DNA from: Candidatus Amesbacteria bacterium GW2011_GWC2_45_19
GTDB lineage: Bacteria > Patescibacteriota > Microgenomatia > CAZETR01 > Amesbacteraceae
Direction of reading: 5' to 3'
Length of the DNA stretch: 64,000 nucleotides
NCBI GenBank assembly: GCA_001001555.1
Contig: LCKS01000002.1
Coordinates: 7,074 to 71,073 of the forward strand
The position numbers and the translations under genes were made by a program. The notes below the pieces were generated by a model. The model was not told the origin of the DNA and made no database searches. It was given only the letters and a program-made list of their open reading frames with translations. Positions 28,473 through 38,683 of the stretch are shown in pieces; position 1 is the first letter of the stretch, and each line of letters opens with the position of its first letter.

Positions 28473-29493
28473 TTGGTGGCTGATTTTACCCGCAGTTCTG
28501 CTGGTTATTCTGGGACTGGCTATTATCCGCAGCGTTTTTCCGGTTCTTGTGCCATTTCAGTTAGCCTTCGCCATTGCGGCCGCAGTAGCCTTTATATTGA
28601 CAGCCCTGGTCGACTATAAAATATTTCAAGCTCTGCACCTGCCGATTTACATCAGCTCGTTAGTTTTTTTAATTACCCCTTTCATTTTCGGCTTGCACAG
28701 CCGTGGGGCCCTGCGCTGGCTGCAATTTGGCCAGATTTCTATCCAGCCATCCGAACTGATTAGACCTTTCCTTCTTTTGGCTTTCGTCACGATGTCTACG
28801 AGATGGCGGATTATTGCGTTTATCATTCCCGCTCTTATCATTTTTTTTCAACCCGACCTGGGTACGACTCTAGTTCTCACCGTTGGCTGGTTGACAGTTT
28901 TTCTGTCAAATTTTTCATTTCGCCACACTATGTTAACCGGGCTAGCAGTTTTTTTCTTAGCCGCGCCGTTACTTTGGTTCATAATCAAACCTTACCAGAG
29001 AGACAGGATCCTGACGTTTGTTAACCCTTACTCGGACCCCCTGGACCGGGGATACCAAGTGATTCAGTCGGTTATCACTGTGGGATCCGGCCAATTCTGG
29101 GGCCGAGGCCTAGGTCAGGGAACCCAGTCCCAACTGCGCTTTCTTCCGGAGAGGCATACCGATTTTATTTTTGCCTCCCTGAGTGAAGAATTGGGATTTG
29201 TCGGAGCCGCATTTACTTTGATCCTTTTCCTGATCATTATGTGGCGTATTTACCTGCTTTCCCAATATGCAACCAATCCCGTAGTCACTCTTTATGCATT
29301 GGGGACTTTAACCATGCTTTCTTTCCAAATCTGGGTCAATATAGGTATGAACCTCGGCCTGGCCCCCATAACTGGAATTACTCTTCCTTTCGTCTCATAC
29401 GGCGGATCATCCCTGGTTTCCCTGGGATTAACTTTGGGAATCCTTACCTCCATGAACCGGCAAACATCTCCTTCCTCCTTTCAAATTAAGTGA
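28447..29493 (+). CDS. rodA: SEDS-family peptidoglycan glycosyltransferase RodA/FtsW paralogue
   Basis: FQPDLGTTLVL and PFVSYGGSSLV motifs; second SEDS copy outside the dcw cluster. Confidence 0.75.
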   Translation: MSFKSNYFDWWLILPAVLLVILGLAIIRSVFPVLVPFQLAFAIAAAVAFILTALVDYKIFQALHLPIYISSLVFLITPFIFGLHSRGALRWLQFGQISIQPSELIRPFLLLAFVTMSTRWRIIAFIIPALIIFFQPDLGTTLVLTVGWLTVFLSNFSFRHTMLTGLAVFFLAAPLLWFIIKPYQRDRILTFVNPYSDPLDRGYQVIQSVITVGSGQFWGRGLGQGTQSQLRFLPERHTDFIFASLSEELGFVGAAFTLILFLIIMWRIYLLSQYATNPVVTLYALGTLTMLSFQIWVNIGMNLGLAPITGITLPFVSYGGSSLVSLGLTLGILTSMNRQTSPSSFQIK

Positions 29494-29496
29494 TTT

Positions 29497-29784
29497 TTGG
29501 GTATAATTTCCCCCATGCAGGCCATAATCAAAATTGGTTCCTCGCAATATCTAGTCGAGCCCGGGCAAGAGTTTCTAGCCGATCGCGGCCAGATTGATGC
29601 AGTTCTTTTTCCCGATGGGGCCAAAGTTGCCATTAAGGATTTGGGTCAAGTCAAGGGCCGAAAAATTCGGGTGGCCAAATACAAAGCCAAAAGCCGTTAT
29701 CGCAAAGTCCGGGGATTTAAACCTGTTTATCATAAAATAAAAATCGAGAAAATTACTGTTGACAGCCGTGAAAAAAGAGTATAG
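29497..29784 (+). CDS. rplU: 50S ribosomal protein L21
   Basis: MQAIIKIGSSQYLVEPGQEF... bL21 signature. Confidence 0.9.
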   Translation: MGIISPMQAIIKIGSSQYLVEPGQEFLADRGQIDAVLFPDGAKVAIKDLGQVKGRKIRVAKYKAKSRYRKVRGFKPVYHKIKIEKITVDSREKRV

Positions 29785-29793
29785 GATGACACC

Positions 29794-30039
29794 GTGGCGC
29801 ACACCAAAACTGGGGGTTCTACCAGACAAAAAGGAAACCGCAGAGGGAAACGCTTGGGCGTTAAAATTTTTGGCGGTCAAAAGGTTTCTGCCGGAAACAT
29901 TTTAGTTCGCCAAAACGGCACCCGCTTTCACCCGGGTGACGGGGTTCAAGTAGGCCGTGATTTCACTCTAACTGCGTTAAAAGCTGGAGTATTGCGTTTC
30001 TATAAAAGATTCAGTAAGCAATATATTTCTGTACAATAA
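29794..30039 (+). CDS. rpmA: 50S ribosomal protein L27
   Basis: [28 protein letters not shown] bL27 signature. Confidence 0.9.
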   Translation: MAHTKTGGSTRQKGNRRGKRLGVKIFGGQKVSAGNILVRQNGTRFHPGDGVQVGRDFTLTALKAGVLRFYKRFSKQYISVQ

Positions 30040-30043
30040 AATA

Positions 30044-30868
30044 ATGAATCAGCAAGTCATTGACCTAGACATCGATTCTTTGCAGGCTAATCCTCTGCAG
30101 CCCAGAGGCATTATTACCCCGGAATCTTTAGTCGACTTGGTCGATTCGGTACGGGAGCACGGTATTTTAGAGCCGTTAGTCGCGGCCAAAACTCCGGCCG
30201 GATACCAGATTATTGCCGGGGAGCGGAGATGGAGAGCTGCCAAATTAGCCGGCCTGAAAACCGTTCCGGTGATCATCAAAGAGACTACCCCCCAAGGAAT
30301 GTTGGAAATGGCCATTGTCGAGAACGTCCAGCGCACTGACCTAAACGCCATTGACCGGGCCAAAGCCTTTGAAAGACTAATTAGTGAATTCGGCCTAGGT
30401 AACAGTGAAATAGCCCAACGGATTGGTAAAAGTCCATCCTATGTCAGTAATTCTCTGCGCCTTCTCACTCTCCCCGACGCCCTGAAAGATGGTCTGCTGA
30501 CCGGGCTGATATCCGAAGGCCATGCTAGGGCTTTGGCTGCCATTGACGACAATCGTTTGATAGTCGAAGCCTACAAGATTATTCTGCGCGAATCCGGTTC
30601 AGTCCGCCGGGCAGAAGAGCTGGCCCGTAGAATGCGGATTCAAGCCGGCCACAAGCCCAGCGGGAAAGCGGCTAAGGCTCCACACGAGGTCAGCGAGGAA
30701 ATAGATCGCCTGCGCGATGAAATCCAAGAGGTGCTGGGCGGAAGACCCGCCAACATCGTCCGCCTTTCCCGCTCCCGGGCTGAAACCAGACTGACCATCA
30801 TTCTCAAAGGCACGTTACCAGAAACTGAAGACCGTCTGCAAAAAATTTACAAAGGTATCAAAAGTTAA
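30044..30868 (+). CDS. parB: chromosome partitioning protein ParB (no adjacent parA)
   Basis: ParB-box GERRWRAAKLAGL and HTH (SEIAQRIGKSPSYVSN). Confidence 0.85.
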   Translation: MNQQVIDLDIDSLQANPLQPRGIITPESLVDLVDSVREHGILEPLVAAKTPAGYQIIAGERRWRAAKLAGLKTVPVIIKETTPQGMLEMAIVENVQRTDLNAIDRAKAFERLISEFGLGNSEIAQRIGKSPSYVSNSLRLLTLPDALKDGLLTGLISEGHARALAAIDDNRLIVEAYKIILRESGSVRRAEELARRMRIQAGHKPSGKAAKAPHEVSEEIDRLRDEIQEVLGGRPANIVRLSRSRAETRLTIILKGTLPETEDRLQKIYKGIKS

Positions 30869-31367
30869 GCGGCCAATACTTAATCCAGAACTTCCCCACA
30901 ATTGCCTTTTTGGAAATAGGTCCAAACTCCCGGGAATCCGAACTGTAATTCCGGTTATCTCCGAATATCATGTAATATCCGGCCGGGATCTGATACGGAA
31001 CGCCTTCACGCAGAAAAGATTTTTCTAAAGTTTGGTATGTGGCTGGCAAATATGCTTCCGGCAGCCGCTGCCCGTTAATAAAAACATATCCATTCTTAAC
31101 CACAATCGTCTCTCCGGGTAAACCAATTACTCTTTTAATATAGTCGCTGTTGGCCGGCGGAGGAGCCCGAAACACCACCACGTCACCCCGTTGCGGGTCG
31201 CCTTTTCTGTAACTGACTTTATCCGTCAATATATATTCCTTATCATGAAAGTTGGGATACATCGAATTTCCGTCCACCTTGTGCGGCTGAAGCAGGAACA
31301 GATAGATCATCATGAAGACGGCAAATGCCATCACCACCGGCTGCAAACCGTCCAGGAGCTTCTTCAT
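30858..31367 (-). CDS. lepB: signal peptidase I
   Basis: GNSMYPNF (catalytic Ser box), KRVIGLPGE and GDNRNYSSDSREFG boxes. Confidence 0.9.
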   Translation of the reverse strand: MKKLLDGLQPVVMAFAVFMMIYLFLLQPHKVDGNSMYPNFHDKEYILTDKVSYRKGDPQRGDVVVFRAPPPANSDYIKRVIGLPGETIVVKNGYVFINGQRLPEAYLPATYQTLEKSFLREGVPYQIPAGYYMIFGDNRNYSSDSREFGPISKKAIVGKFWIKYWPLNF

Positions 31368-31397
31368 AGATTCATTATGGAGTCCGTGTTAAAATTT

Positions 31398-31474
31398 GTC
31401 TACGGGGACTCGTGGCGCAGCTGGTCAGCGCGTTTCGTTGACATCGAAAAGGTCAGAGGTTCGAATCCTCTCGA
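31398..31474 (+). tRNA. tRNA-Val (anticodon GAC), CCA encoded
   Basis: Hand-folded cloverleaf: acceptor GGACTCG/CGAGTCC, D-arm GCGC-AGCTGGTCA-GCGC, anticodon loop TTGACAT, T-arm AGAGG-TTCGAAT-CCTCT. Confidence 0.85.
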
Positions 31475-31486
31475 GTCCACCAAAAT

Positions 31487-31822
31487 TCACCAACAAAAGA
31501 TCCAGAAACAGCGCCTTTGCTTTGAGGCGCCTAAGACTTCGGGAACATTAATTTCCCAGTGTTCCGGCTCGGACCAATATTTTCCCTTCCCGTATTTAAG
31601 ATGCACGTATTGCCGGCCGGGAGCCACATTTCGGAAGACATAAAAATTATTATAGGTATCCACCAGTGAGTCGGGTTTACTGAATTCATAATCATTCAGC
31701 GCTAAACTAAATCCCGTGTTGGGAAAGCTATCCCAGAACATATACACTGTATCAGATCCATAGCTAAAAGTTACTTGGGGACGAGCAAGTACCGGAGAAG
31801 CTAAGGCTAAACCAATCAACAA
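31487..31822 (-). CDS. hypothetical secreted protein
   Basis: 111-aa ORF with N-terminal signal-like segment MLIGLALASPVLA. Confidence 0.35.
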   Translation of the reverse strand: MLIGLALASPVLARPQVTFSYGSDTVYMFWDSFPNTGFSLALNDYEFSKPDSLVDTYNNFYVFRNVAPGRQYVHLKYGKGKYWSEPEHWEINVPEVLGASKQRRCFWIFCW

Positions 31823-31879
31823 ACACGCAAAAAGAAAAACTATCTTTTTCGTATACCCCCGTTTATACTCCCTTCAATT

Positions 31880-34165
31880 TTAATTTGCAAATTGGTCTGC
31901 TCTTTGTTGATACACATCTTGTTTAACTAGCCGTAGCCCTTCTTTAATCTGTTGCCGTAAGTCCGCGGCCATGTCCGCCCACGGACCCCGACCCGTCTTG
32001 GCCACCAGCGCGTCAATGGTCCGGTACAGCCGATTCATCCGGGCGTCAAATTTGGCCGCCGTATTCACTTTGGTCTGGCCGATATCTGCCACATAGCTTT
32101 TAATCCGGGCCAAATCCTGCAGCAGAATTCTTCTGGCCGGCAATTTAAGGGCGCTGGCGCCAACCGCCGTCTTTAATGTTTCCAGCCTGGCCTGGGCGTT
32201 GTCCAGCGGGGTATCCCCCAAATTGGCCTGACTTAATTGCACTCCAAATTGATGTTGGTCTGTCTGTCCGCTGGCTACGCTGTCACTCACTTCCTGCCAG
32301 GCTTCGTCGTCGCCTTTGATCCGGCCGAAATACAGAGTGTAATTTCCTCCCCCGCCGGCGGGCGAGACGGTAACTTGATAATCGCCATCGGCCGGATTAC
32401 TAATGACCACAATTCCGTCTTCCGGCAAAAAAGTCCCCCCGGGTCCGCTGACTTGGAAATCAACCGGGGAGGCAGTAGTGACTATAATAGCACTGTCGTA
32501 GTTCGGCTGATTAACATCTTGACCGCTGGCCGGCAAGCCCAACATCTCCAGAATTTTCTTTTGGGAAATCTCTTTGGAAATAATTTCAGTATGATTTTTG
32601 CCAGATAGTTCATCGTTTACAGGTGCTCCGCTAATCTGACTGCTGGATAACAATACCGCCCCGTCTCCATTGTCATATTCTTTCTGGCCGGTAGGTTTGC
32701 CGTCCACCCATCTACCCGTCAATATATCAGCCAGGCTTCTAGGCTCGACCTGAATAAACTTTACTGTATTTCCCCAATTGCTGGATAAAGTCTGCAATTT
32801 AGCCAAAATACTTCCCAGTTGGGAATCTAAACCGGGAAGGAAATTGTTTGTCCAAGTTAGCCCCGCAATTGGCTTTATTGACCCATCCCGATTTTTCAAA
32901 AATTCATAGATTGGTAGGACATTTCTTAAAGCAGGAAATAAAGCTTGTACCTCGGCCACTTCCGTATCATATTGATCTCTGTTTACGCGCAACAGCAGTT
33001 TCATGGCCAGTTTTTGCCACCCCGTAAACCCTTGCGGGTTTGCTCCCTCCCACAAGTAAAAAGCTTCGCCCACTCCCCGGTGCGGACTGCCCACAGTTAA
33101 TAATTTATCAATCTTTTCGGGATTAGATTGGGCATAGGCGCGGGCCACCAGACCTCCCAGGCTATGCCCTACCAAATTAACTTGGCCAGAGGATATACGG
33201 TCGGAAATAAACTGGGCTAAATTATTTGCCGTGTCTGACGCATTTCGTCGCCAATCATATGCGTACACCCATAAATTTGTATTTTGGATATAACCGGCCG
33301 CCTCCAACGCCGAAATTAATCCGTTATAGACTTTCACATAGGGGGCAATTTTCCAATCCGTATCCGGTACATTTACTCCGTGCACTAACGCCTCATAATT
33401 CCAGCCAGCCCCCATCCCAGGAATTAAAATAATAGGAGTTAAAGGAGTAGGAGTGGGGGTGGGAGTGGGCACCGGGTCCAAACTCCTTACCACCACATTA
33501 TCAAACCAAACTTCAGAATCTGGATCAGTCCCCACACTGGCTTGAAAACCGATGGTACCGCCACCAAAGTAAGGAGGTGAGTCTGCTAATTCCCAAACTT
33601 GAATATCGTTAATGAATATCTTGATTACAATATTAGAAAATTCTATTCGAAAATGATATGTTTGGTTATCCTGAAAGGAATACGAGGATTTTTCTAACCT
33701 ATAATAACCGTCAACAACTTTTTGAAACCACATATCAGAACCATAAAATTTCAAATCATACCAATTCGAAGGGTTTAAATACTTAAAAATTATGTTTCTG
33801 TCGGCAATAACAGTATTTGTAAATTCCATATCAAAACTATAGGAGTATCCCATCCCTTCAGTAAAATTAAAATTATTAGGAATAAGCTCAGTCACACATC
33901 CGGGACCATCTATTTTAATACCCACTCTACCATTTTCCGCTTTCCAAGTAGTTGGATTACTTTGATATAAGCAAGGCAAACTTGGGGCTGACCATTGCAT
34001 ATTACGAGCGACCGTCCAGTCAGATATATCGTTATCATTAAAATTGTCTTGGAAGTAAATGATGCTTGCGTTGATACTCTTTGGAAAAACAAAGGCGAAA
34101 GAAATACTCACTAAAACGACAACCCCAACTCTGACCATCCTACTATACAACGACCAAACTTCCAC
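31880..34165 (-). CDS. secreted multidomain lipase/esterase (LamG/DUF1080-like N-domain, TP-linker, alpha/beta-hydrolase with GHSLGG, PPC-like C-domain)
   Basis: Signal/TM N-terminus; ConA-like domain ending FDNVVV; TPTPTPTP linker; nucleophile elbow VNLVGHSLGGLVARAY; C-terminal beta-rich then coiled-coil tail. Confidence 0.6.
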   Translation of the reverse strand: MEVWSLYSRMVRVGVVVLVSISFAFVFPKSINASIIYFQDNFNDNDISDWTVARNMQWSAPSLPCLYQSNPTTWKAENGRVGIKIDGPGCVTELIPNNFNFTEGMGYSYSFDMEFTNTVIADRNIIFKYLNPSNWYDLKFYGSDMWFQKVVDGYYRLEKSSYSFQDNQTYHFRIEFSNIVIKIFINDIQVWELADSPPYFGGGTIGFQASVGTDPDSEVWFDNVVVRSLDPVPTPTPTPTPLTPIILIPGMGAGWNYEALVHGVNVPDTDWKIAPYVKVYNGLISALEAAGYIQNTNLWVYAYDWRRNASDTANNLAQFISDRISSGQVNLVGHSLGGLVARAYAQSNPEKIDKLLTVGSPHRGVGEAFYLWEGANPQGFTGWQKLAMKLLLRVNRDQYDTEVAEVQALFPALRNVLPIYEFLKNRDGSIKPIAGLTWTNNFLPGLDSQLGSILAKLQTLSSNWGNTVKFIQVEPRSLADILTGRWVDGKPTGQKEYDNGDGAVLLSSSQISGAPVNDELSGKNHTEIISKEISQKKILEMLGLPASGQDVNQPNYDSAIIVTTASPVDFQVSGPGGTFLPEDGIVVISNPADGDYQVTVSPAGGGGNYTLYFGRIKGDDEAWQEVSDSVASGQTDQHQFGVQLSQANLGDTPLDNAQARLETLKTAVGASALKLPARRILLQDLARIKSYVADIGQTKVNTAAKFDARMNRLYRTIDALVAKTGRGPWADMAADLRQQIKEGLRLVKQDVYQQRADQFAN

Positions 34166-34203
34166 AACTGCACTATACCTTATAGGGCCTTACTCGTGTC
34201 AAG

Positions 34204-34971
34204 ATGGTAAAATTACGATTGATGGATAAACAATATAATGAGTTTCACAAAAAATCCAAGATTCAGAAAAAACCGATCAAGAGAAATAACTTTACGTACA
34301 GGCTAATCATTAGAGAAGTAGAAAAGATATTGCTTAAGATAAAGAGGAATAATGTCATAATTTTGGATTACGGATGTGGTATAGGAACTTTGGCTTTTTA
34401 CCTTGCTTCAAAAGGATACAATATTACCGGTGTTGACGTATCTCCCCTGTCAATCAGATTGTGTAATAAAAGTGCTAAAGAGATGAATCTAAGTGGTCTG
34501 GCTAAATTTAACTTAAATAAGGATTTTTTGAAGAAGTTAAAAAAAACAAGCGGTAAATTTGACTTAATAATTTGTTCCGAAGTAATTGAACACGTTCAAA
34601 ATGATATCAAGTTACTGAAAAAATTATCAGGAATTCTGAATAAAGGAGGATATTTTCTTTTGACAACTCCTAGCAAAAACGCCCCATTGTTTAAAATGGG
34701 ACTTGCTAAATTGTTTGACATAAGAGTGGGACATTTACGGCGATATACAGAAAAAGACCTGACCAAGAAAGTCGAAAAAGCAAGTTTCAAAATAATCAAA
34801 GTTATAAAGACCGAGGGAATTATTAGGAATTCATTATTTTTGTTCCCCATATTTGGGAATTTAGTCCGATTTATAAAAGGACCAATCTCAGATATAGTAA
34901 CTTTTGTTGATAAAATATCTTTAAAATTGTTTGGAGAATCGGATATTTATGTTGTATGTCAGAAGCCATGA
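34204..34971 (+). CDS. class I SAM-dependent methyltransferase
   Basis: ILDYGCGIGTLAFYLASKGYNITGVDVS motif I; AT-rich gene. Confidence 0.75.
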   Translation: MVKLRLMDKQYNEFHKKSKIQKKPIKRNNFTYRLIIREVEKILLKIKRNNVIILDYGCGIGTLAFYLASKGYNITGVDVSPLSIRLCNKSAKEMNLSGLAKFNLNKDFLKKLKKTSGKFDLIICSEVIEHVQNDIKLLKKLSGILNKGGYFLLTTPSKNAPLFKMGLAKLFDIRVGHLRRYTEKDLTKKVEKASFKIIKVIKTEGIIRNSLFLFPIFGNLVRFIKGPISDIVTFVDKISLKLFGESDIYVVCQKP

Positions 34972-35773
34972 AGGTATTGATGATGACCAGGTTGTATTGG
35001 CCCCATGTAGGTGGAGTAGAGAAGCATGTGGAGAAAATAACTGAAATTTTGAAAAAGAAGCACCAAATAACTATTGTTTGTGAAAAACACGATCCCAAAC
35101 TGCCAGATTATGAAAATGATAGGGGAGTGATAATTTACAGAATTGGGGGATCGGACAAATGGGCCATTTGGAAATGGTGGTTTAGGCATTTGAACCTCAT
35201 AAATGACGCAGATATTATTCACATTCACGACGTTTTCTTCTGGTTTTTACCATTTAGACTCCCCTACTGGTTCAAAAAAGTTTTTATCACTTTCCACGGC
35301 TGGGAAGGCATATACCCCCTGCCCCGGAAAAACATAATTGTTCGTAAATTCAGCGAATGGATGGCCAATGGCAATATCTGCGTAGGTGAATTTATCAAAA
35401 AATATTATGGCACCAAATCCGATTATGTCATCTATGGAGCGGCAGAAAAAATCAAATACCCAAAAGTAAAAAGGCAAGGGGCAATTTTTGTGGGCCATCC
35501 GGACGCGGATCAAGGGCTGGATTATTACTAAAATTGGATATATTCACCGACGATCCCGATGCCGGCAAATATTTTTATAAATACAAATACGCTTTTGTCT
35601 CCGGTTATTTATCTATTCTTGAAGCTATGGCTCAAAATACGCCGGTTTTTACCCATTATGACAATCCGCTAAAATACGACTATCTAAATATGACACCGTT
35701 TAAAGACAAAAATTTTAAAATACCCGGCTGGTTAGAAGTAGCCGATATTTACGAAAAACTATGGCAAAAATGA
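34956..35773 (+). pseudogene. disrupted GT4 glycosyltransferase (N-terminal Glyco_trans_4 fragment 34956-35531 plus frameshifted C-terminal fragment 35534-35773, middle missing)
   Basis: YWPHVGGVEKHV N-domain motif in the first ORF, SGYLSILEAMAQNTPVF C-domain motif in the second ORF in a different frame; combined 270 aa vs about 370 expected. Confidence 0.5.
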
Positions 35774-36738
35774 CCGAACGCACAAGGAGAGACCTTGTGC
35801 GCGTGACGGTGGTGGTTACGGTTTTGAATGAAGAAGCCACAATCAAGTTTCTTTTGGATGCTTTGATTAGACAAACCAGAAAGTCCGATGAAATTATTAT
35901 CGTCGACGGCGGGTCAACAGATCGCACCGTGGAAAAGATTAAGAAATATAAAGAGATTAAGTTACTAAGAAAATCTGGAAATAGGTCGGTAGGCAGAAAT
36001 TACGGCATGAGCCAGTCTAAGGGCAACATCATCGCCTTTACCGACGCTGGTTGCATCCCCGAACTAAATTGGCTCGCAGAACTAATTAAACCTTTTTATA
36101 AAAAACTCCCCTCTCCTGGCCAACGGCCCGAGCGAAGCGAGAATTTAGGAGAGGGGCAGGGGGTGAGGTACGGGAGAGTGGAGGTTGTTTCTGGCTACTA
36201 CAAAGGTCTTTCTCAAAATATTTTTGAGAAATGTTTGGTCCCTTATGTCTTGGTCATGCCGGATAAAATCCCGGCTGAATTTTCCCCTTCCACCCGCTCC
36301 ATGGCCATGCGCAAAGGAGTGGGACTCTTCGATGAAAAGCTAAGCCATAACGAAGACTATGCTTTTGCCGTGGCGTTGAGAAAAAAAGGCCTGGAATTTT
36401 ATTTCGCCCCCAAAGCAATGGTGGGCTGGATGCCGTGTAAAAATTTGCGCCAGGCGGCCTGGATGTGGTTGCGCTTTGCCATAGGCGACGCCCAGGCCGG
36501 AATTTTGCGCCCCAAAGTCAAACTCTTATTCCTGCGCTATTATGTATTTTTCTTCCTCTTTTTCCTTAATCACTTATTTATCTTAATCTCTTTTCCCTAC
36601 TTGCTTTGGGCCGTGGCTAAAAATTACCGCTACGTCAAAGATCTGCGGGCGTTTTTCTGGCTGCCCGTACTGCAGCTGACTACGGATATGTGCGTCATAT
36701 TTGGTACTATTATGGGAGTCTTGTCCCGATCTAAATGA
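35761..36738 (+). CDS. glycosyltransferase family 2 (carrying an in-frame palindromic-element insertion)
   Basis: VTVVVTVLNEEATIKFLLDAL...IIIVDGGSTDRT...FTDAGC GT2 motifs; 36106-36170 element encodes LPSPGQRPERSENLGEGQGVRYG. Confidence 0.75.
   Translation: MAKMTERTRRDLVRVTVVVTVLNEEATIKFLLDALIRQTRKSDEIIIVDGGSTDRTVEKIKKYKEIKLLRKSGNRSVGRNYGMSQSKGNIIAFTDAGCIPELNWLAELIKPFYKKLPSPGQRPERSENLGEGQGVRYGRVEVVSGYYKGLSQNIFEKCLVPYVLVMPDKIPAEFSPSTRSMAMRKGVGLFDEKLSHNEDYAFAVALRKKGLEFYFAPKAMVGWMPCKNLRQAAWMWLRFAIGDAQAGILRPKVKLLFLRYYVFFFLFFLNHLFILISFPYLLWAVAKNYRYVKDLRAFFWLPVLQLTTDMCVIFGTIMGVLSRSK
36106..36170. repeat. CCCTCTCC hairpin-family element inserted in frame in a GT2 gene
   Basis: CTCCCCTCTCCT ... AATTTAGGAGAGGGG ... 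GGGTGAGGTA shares the AATTTAGGAGAGGG and GGGTGAGGTA blocks with the 6855-6915 copy. Confidence 0.7.
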
Positions 36739-37949
36739 ACTACTTAAAAAAAGCTGTTTCAGGCATTTATTGGACCGGCGCTCTTCGCGCTTGTTTACGC
36801 GGCTTCACCATCATTCGAACAGTCATTCTCGCCCGTCTCCTCGTCCCAGCCCAATTCGGCATTTATGGAGTCGCCTCACTTGCCCTGGCAATGCTTGAGA
36901 CCCTAACAGAAACCGGCATCAACGTCTTTTTAATCCAGGAAAAAGACAGCGATAGTTACATCGACACGGCCTGGCTGGTTTCAATCGCTAGAGGGGCCAT
37001 CATTTCTCTCATCCTCATCCTCTCGGGTCATTTTGTTACCTCTTTTTTCAAATCGCCCTCTTCTCTTACCCCCTTACTTTTAATTAGTCTAGTCGCCTTT
37101 ATTCGCGGATTTATCAACCCATCCGTCGTCACTTTCCAAAAAAATCTCACATTCAACAAAGAGTTTCAATTTAGATCGGTGCTTTTTTTAATCGAAGCCT
37201 CTGTAACAGTGGTATCAGCGTTTATAACCAGGTCTGCATCCAGTTTCGTCCATGGGCTTTTAGCTAGTTCAATCTGCGAAGTCGTTTTCTCTTTGATTTA
37301 TATAAAACCCCGCCCTCACTTCAATTTTATTCCGGAAAAACTGCGTCTTATTCTCCATCGCGGCAAATGGCTCACCGCCGCCGGTATTTTTAATTATCTT
37401 TATCACAATCTCGACAATATCGTTGTTGGCCGTCTGCTAGGAGTAGCCCCGCTTGGCCTATACGACACCTCTTATAAAATTTCCAGCCTCCCAATCACTG
37501 AAGTTTCTGAAGTTTTTTCCAAAGTCACCTTTCCTATTTTTTCCCAGATTCAAAACGATACCACTCGGCTATCGCGGGCATACTTCAAATCCACCCTCAC
37601 TTTGTCAGCCTTAGTCATCCCCTTTGGTTTATTGTTGTTTTTCTTTCCTCAAATTATTGTCATTCTCCTCGGTCCCAACTGGCTTCCGGCTGTCCCAGTC
37701 TTGAGACTACTTTCCGTTTACGGCGTAATTAGGTCCATTTCCGGCGCCTCTTCCGCTCTGTTTTTGGCAGTTCACAAGACCAACTATGTTACTTATCTCA
37801 CCTTAGCCAGCATCTTAGGTTTGGGAATATCTATTGTCCCCCTGGTCACGCGTTTTGGCCTTGTTGGGGCCGCCATTTCCGCCATCATCGGCTCATTGGC
37901 CGCCCTTCCCGTCATCTTCTACTGTCTGCGCTTGATCCTTAAATCATGA
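36735..37949 (+). CDS. polysaccharide flippase-like (MOP/Wzx family) membrane protein
   Basis: 404 aa, about 12 TM segments, positioned among GT genes; family assignment from topology and context only. Confidence 0.5.
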   Translation: MNYLKKAVSGIYWTGALRACLRGFTIIRTVILARLLVPAQFGIYGVASLALAMLETLTETGINVFLIQEKDSDSYIDTAWLVSIARGAIISLILILSGHFVTSFFKSPSSLTPLLLISLVAFIRGFINPSVVTFQKNLTFNKEFQFRSVLFLIEASVTVVSAFITRSASSFVHGLLASSICEVVFSLIYIKPRPHFNFIPEKLRLILHRGKWLTAAGIFNYLYHNLDNIVVGRLLGVAPLGLYDTSYKISSLPITEVSEVFSKVTFPIFSQIQNDTTRLSRAYFKSTLTLSALVIPFGLLLFFFPQIIVILLGPNWLPAVPVLRLLSVYGVIRSISGASSALFLAVHKTNYVTYLTLASILGLGISIVPLVTRFGLVGAAISAIIGSLAALPVIFYCLRLILKS

Positions 37950-38683
37950 ACATTTTAGGTAGGTTTTTACCGGACCTGTGGTATAGCCCCGCAGACGTCC
38001 TCCTTCGCGCTTCGGAGGTTTTTATTTGGCAGCGGGTCTTGCTAGTTTCGCCCAGCCTGGATATTGGTTGCGGCGACGGCGATATCAGTAAGCGAACCTT
38101 TTCTTTTCCAGATCAAATTGACGTAGGTATTGACCTCCGGCCGGTGGCAACTAGCAATCTTTATCACCAAATGCTCCAGGCAGACGCCACAAAACATCCG
38201 TTTAAAAATTCCAGTTTTCAAACAGTCATAAGTAACAGTACTTTCGAGCATATTAAAGCCGATACCAAAGCTGTTTCAGAAGTCGCCAGAATCCTAAAAC
38301 CCGGCGGCAAATTTTATCTAACCGTCCCCACTCCCCGCCTGCGCCCGTTTCTAAGCAACCAGATTAACGCCCGGGTGGCGCATCTTCATTACCGGTCCGC
38401 CACAGACTGGCAAAAATTATTAGCCAAAAATAATTTGGTCTTAAAAAAGGTCGAGTATTATTTTCCTCCCGCATCCGTTTCCGCTTGGCTTCTGCTCTTC
38501 AAGCTTGCCACCTTCAAAATTTATCATCGCGAACTTTGGTCTTATCTCAAAGATTCTCCATACAGCAGGCTCTTCCCTTCCAGATTTATATCGCAAGTCT
38601 TGAAAATTTATTTATCCAGATATATAGCCACAGATTTTTCGGAAGATGGAACTTGGCAGTTTATTACCGCGGTTAAAAAATGA
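37946..38683 (+). CDS. class I SAM-dependent methyltransferase (Methyltransf_11-like)
   Basis: LDIGCGDGDIS motif I and LKPGGKFYLTVP post-I motif. Confidence 0.7.
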   Translation: MNILGRFLPDLWYSPADVLLRASEVFIWQRVLLVSPSLDIGCGDGDISKRTFSFPDQIDVGIDLRPVATSNLYHQMLQADATKHPFKNSSFQTVISNSTFEHIKADTKAVSEVARILKPGGKFYLTVPTPRLRPFLSNQINARVAHLHYRSATDWQKLLAKNNLVLKKVEYYFPPASVSAWLLLFKLATFKIYHRELWSYLKDSPYSRLFPSRFISQVLKIYLSRYIATDFSEDGTWQFITAVKK

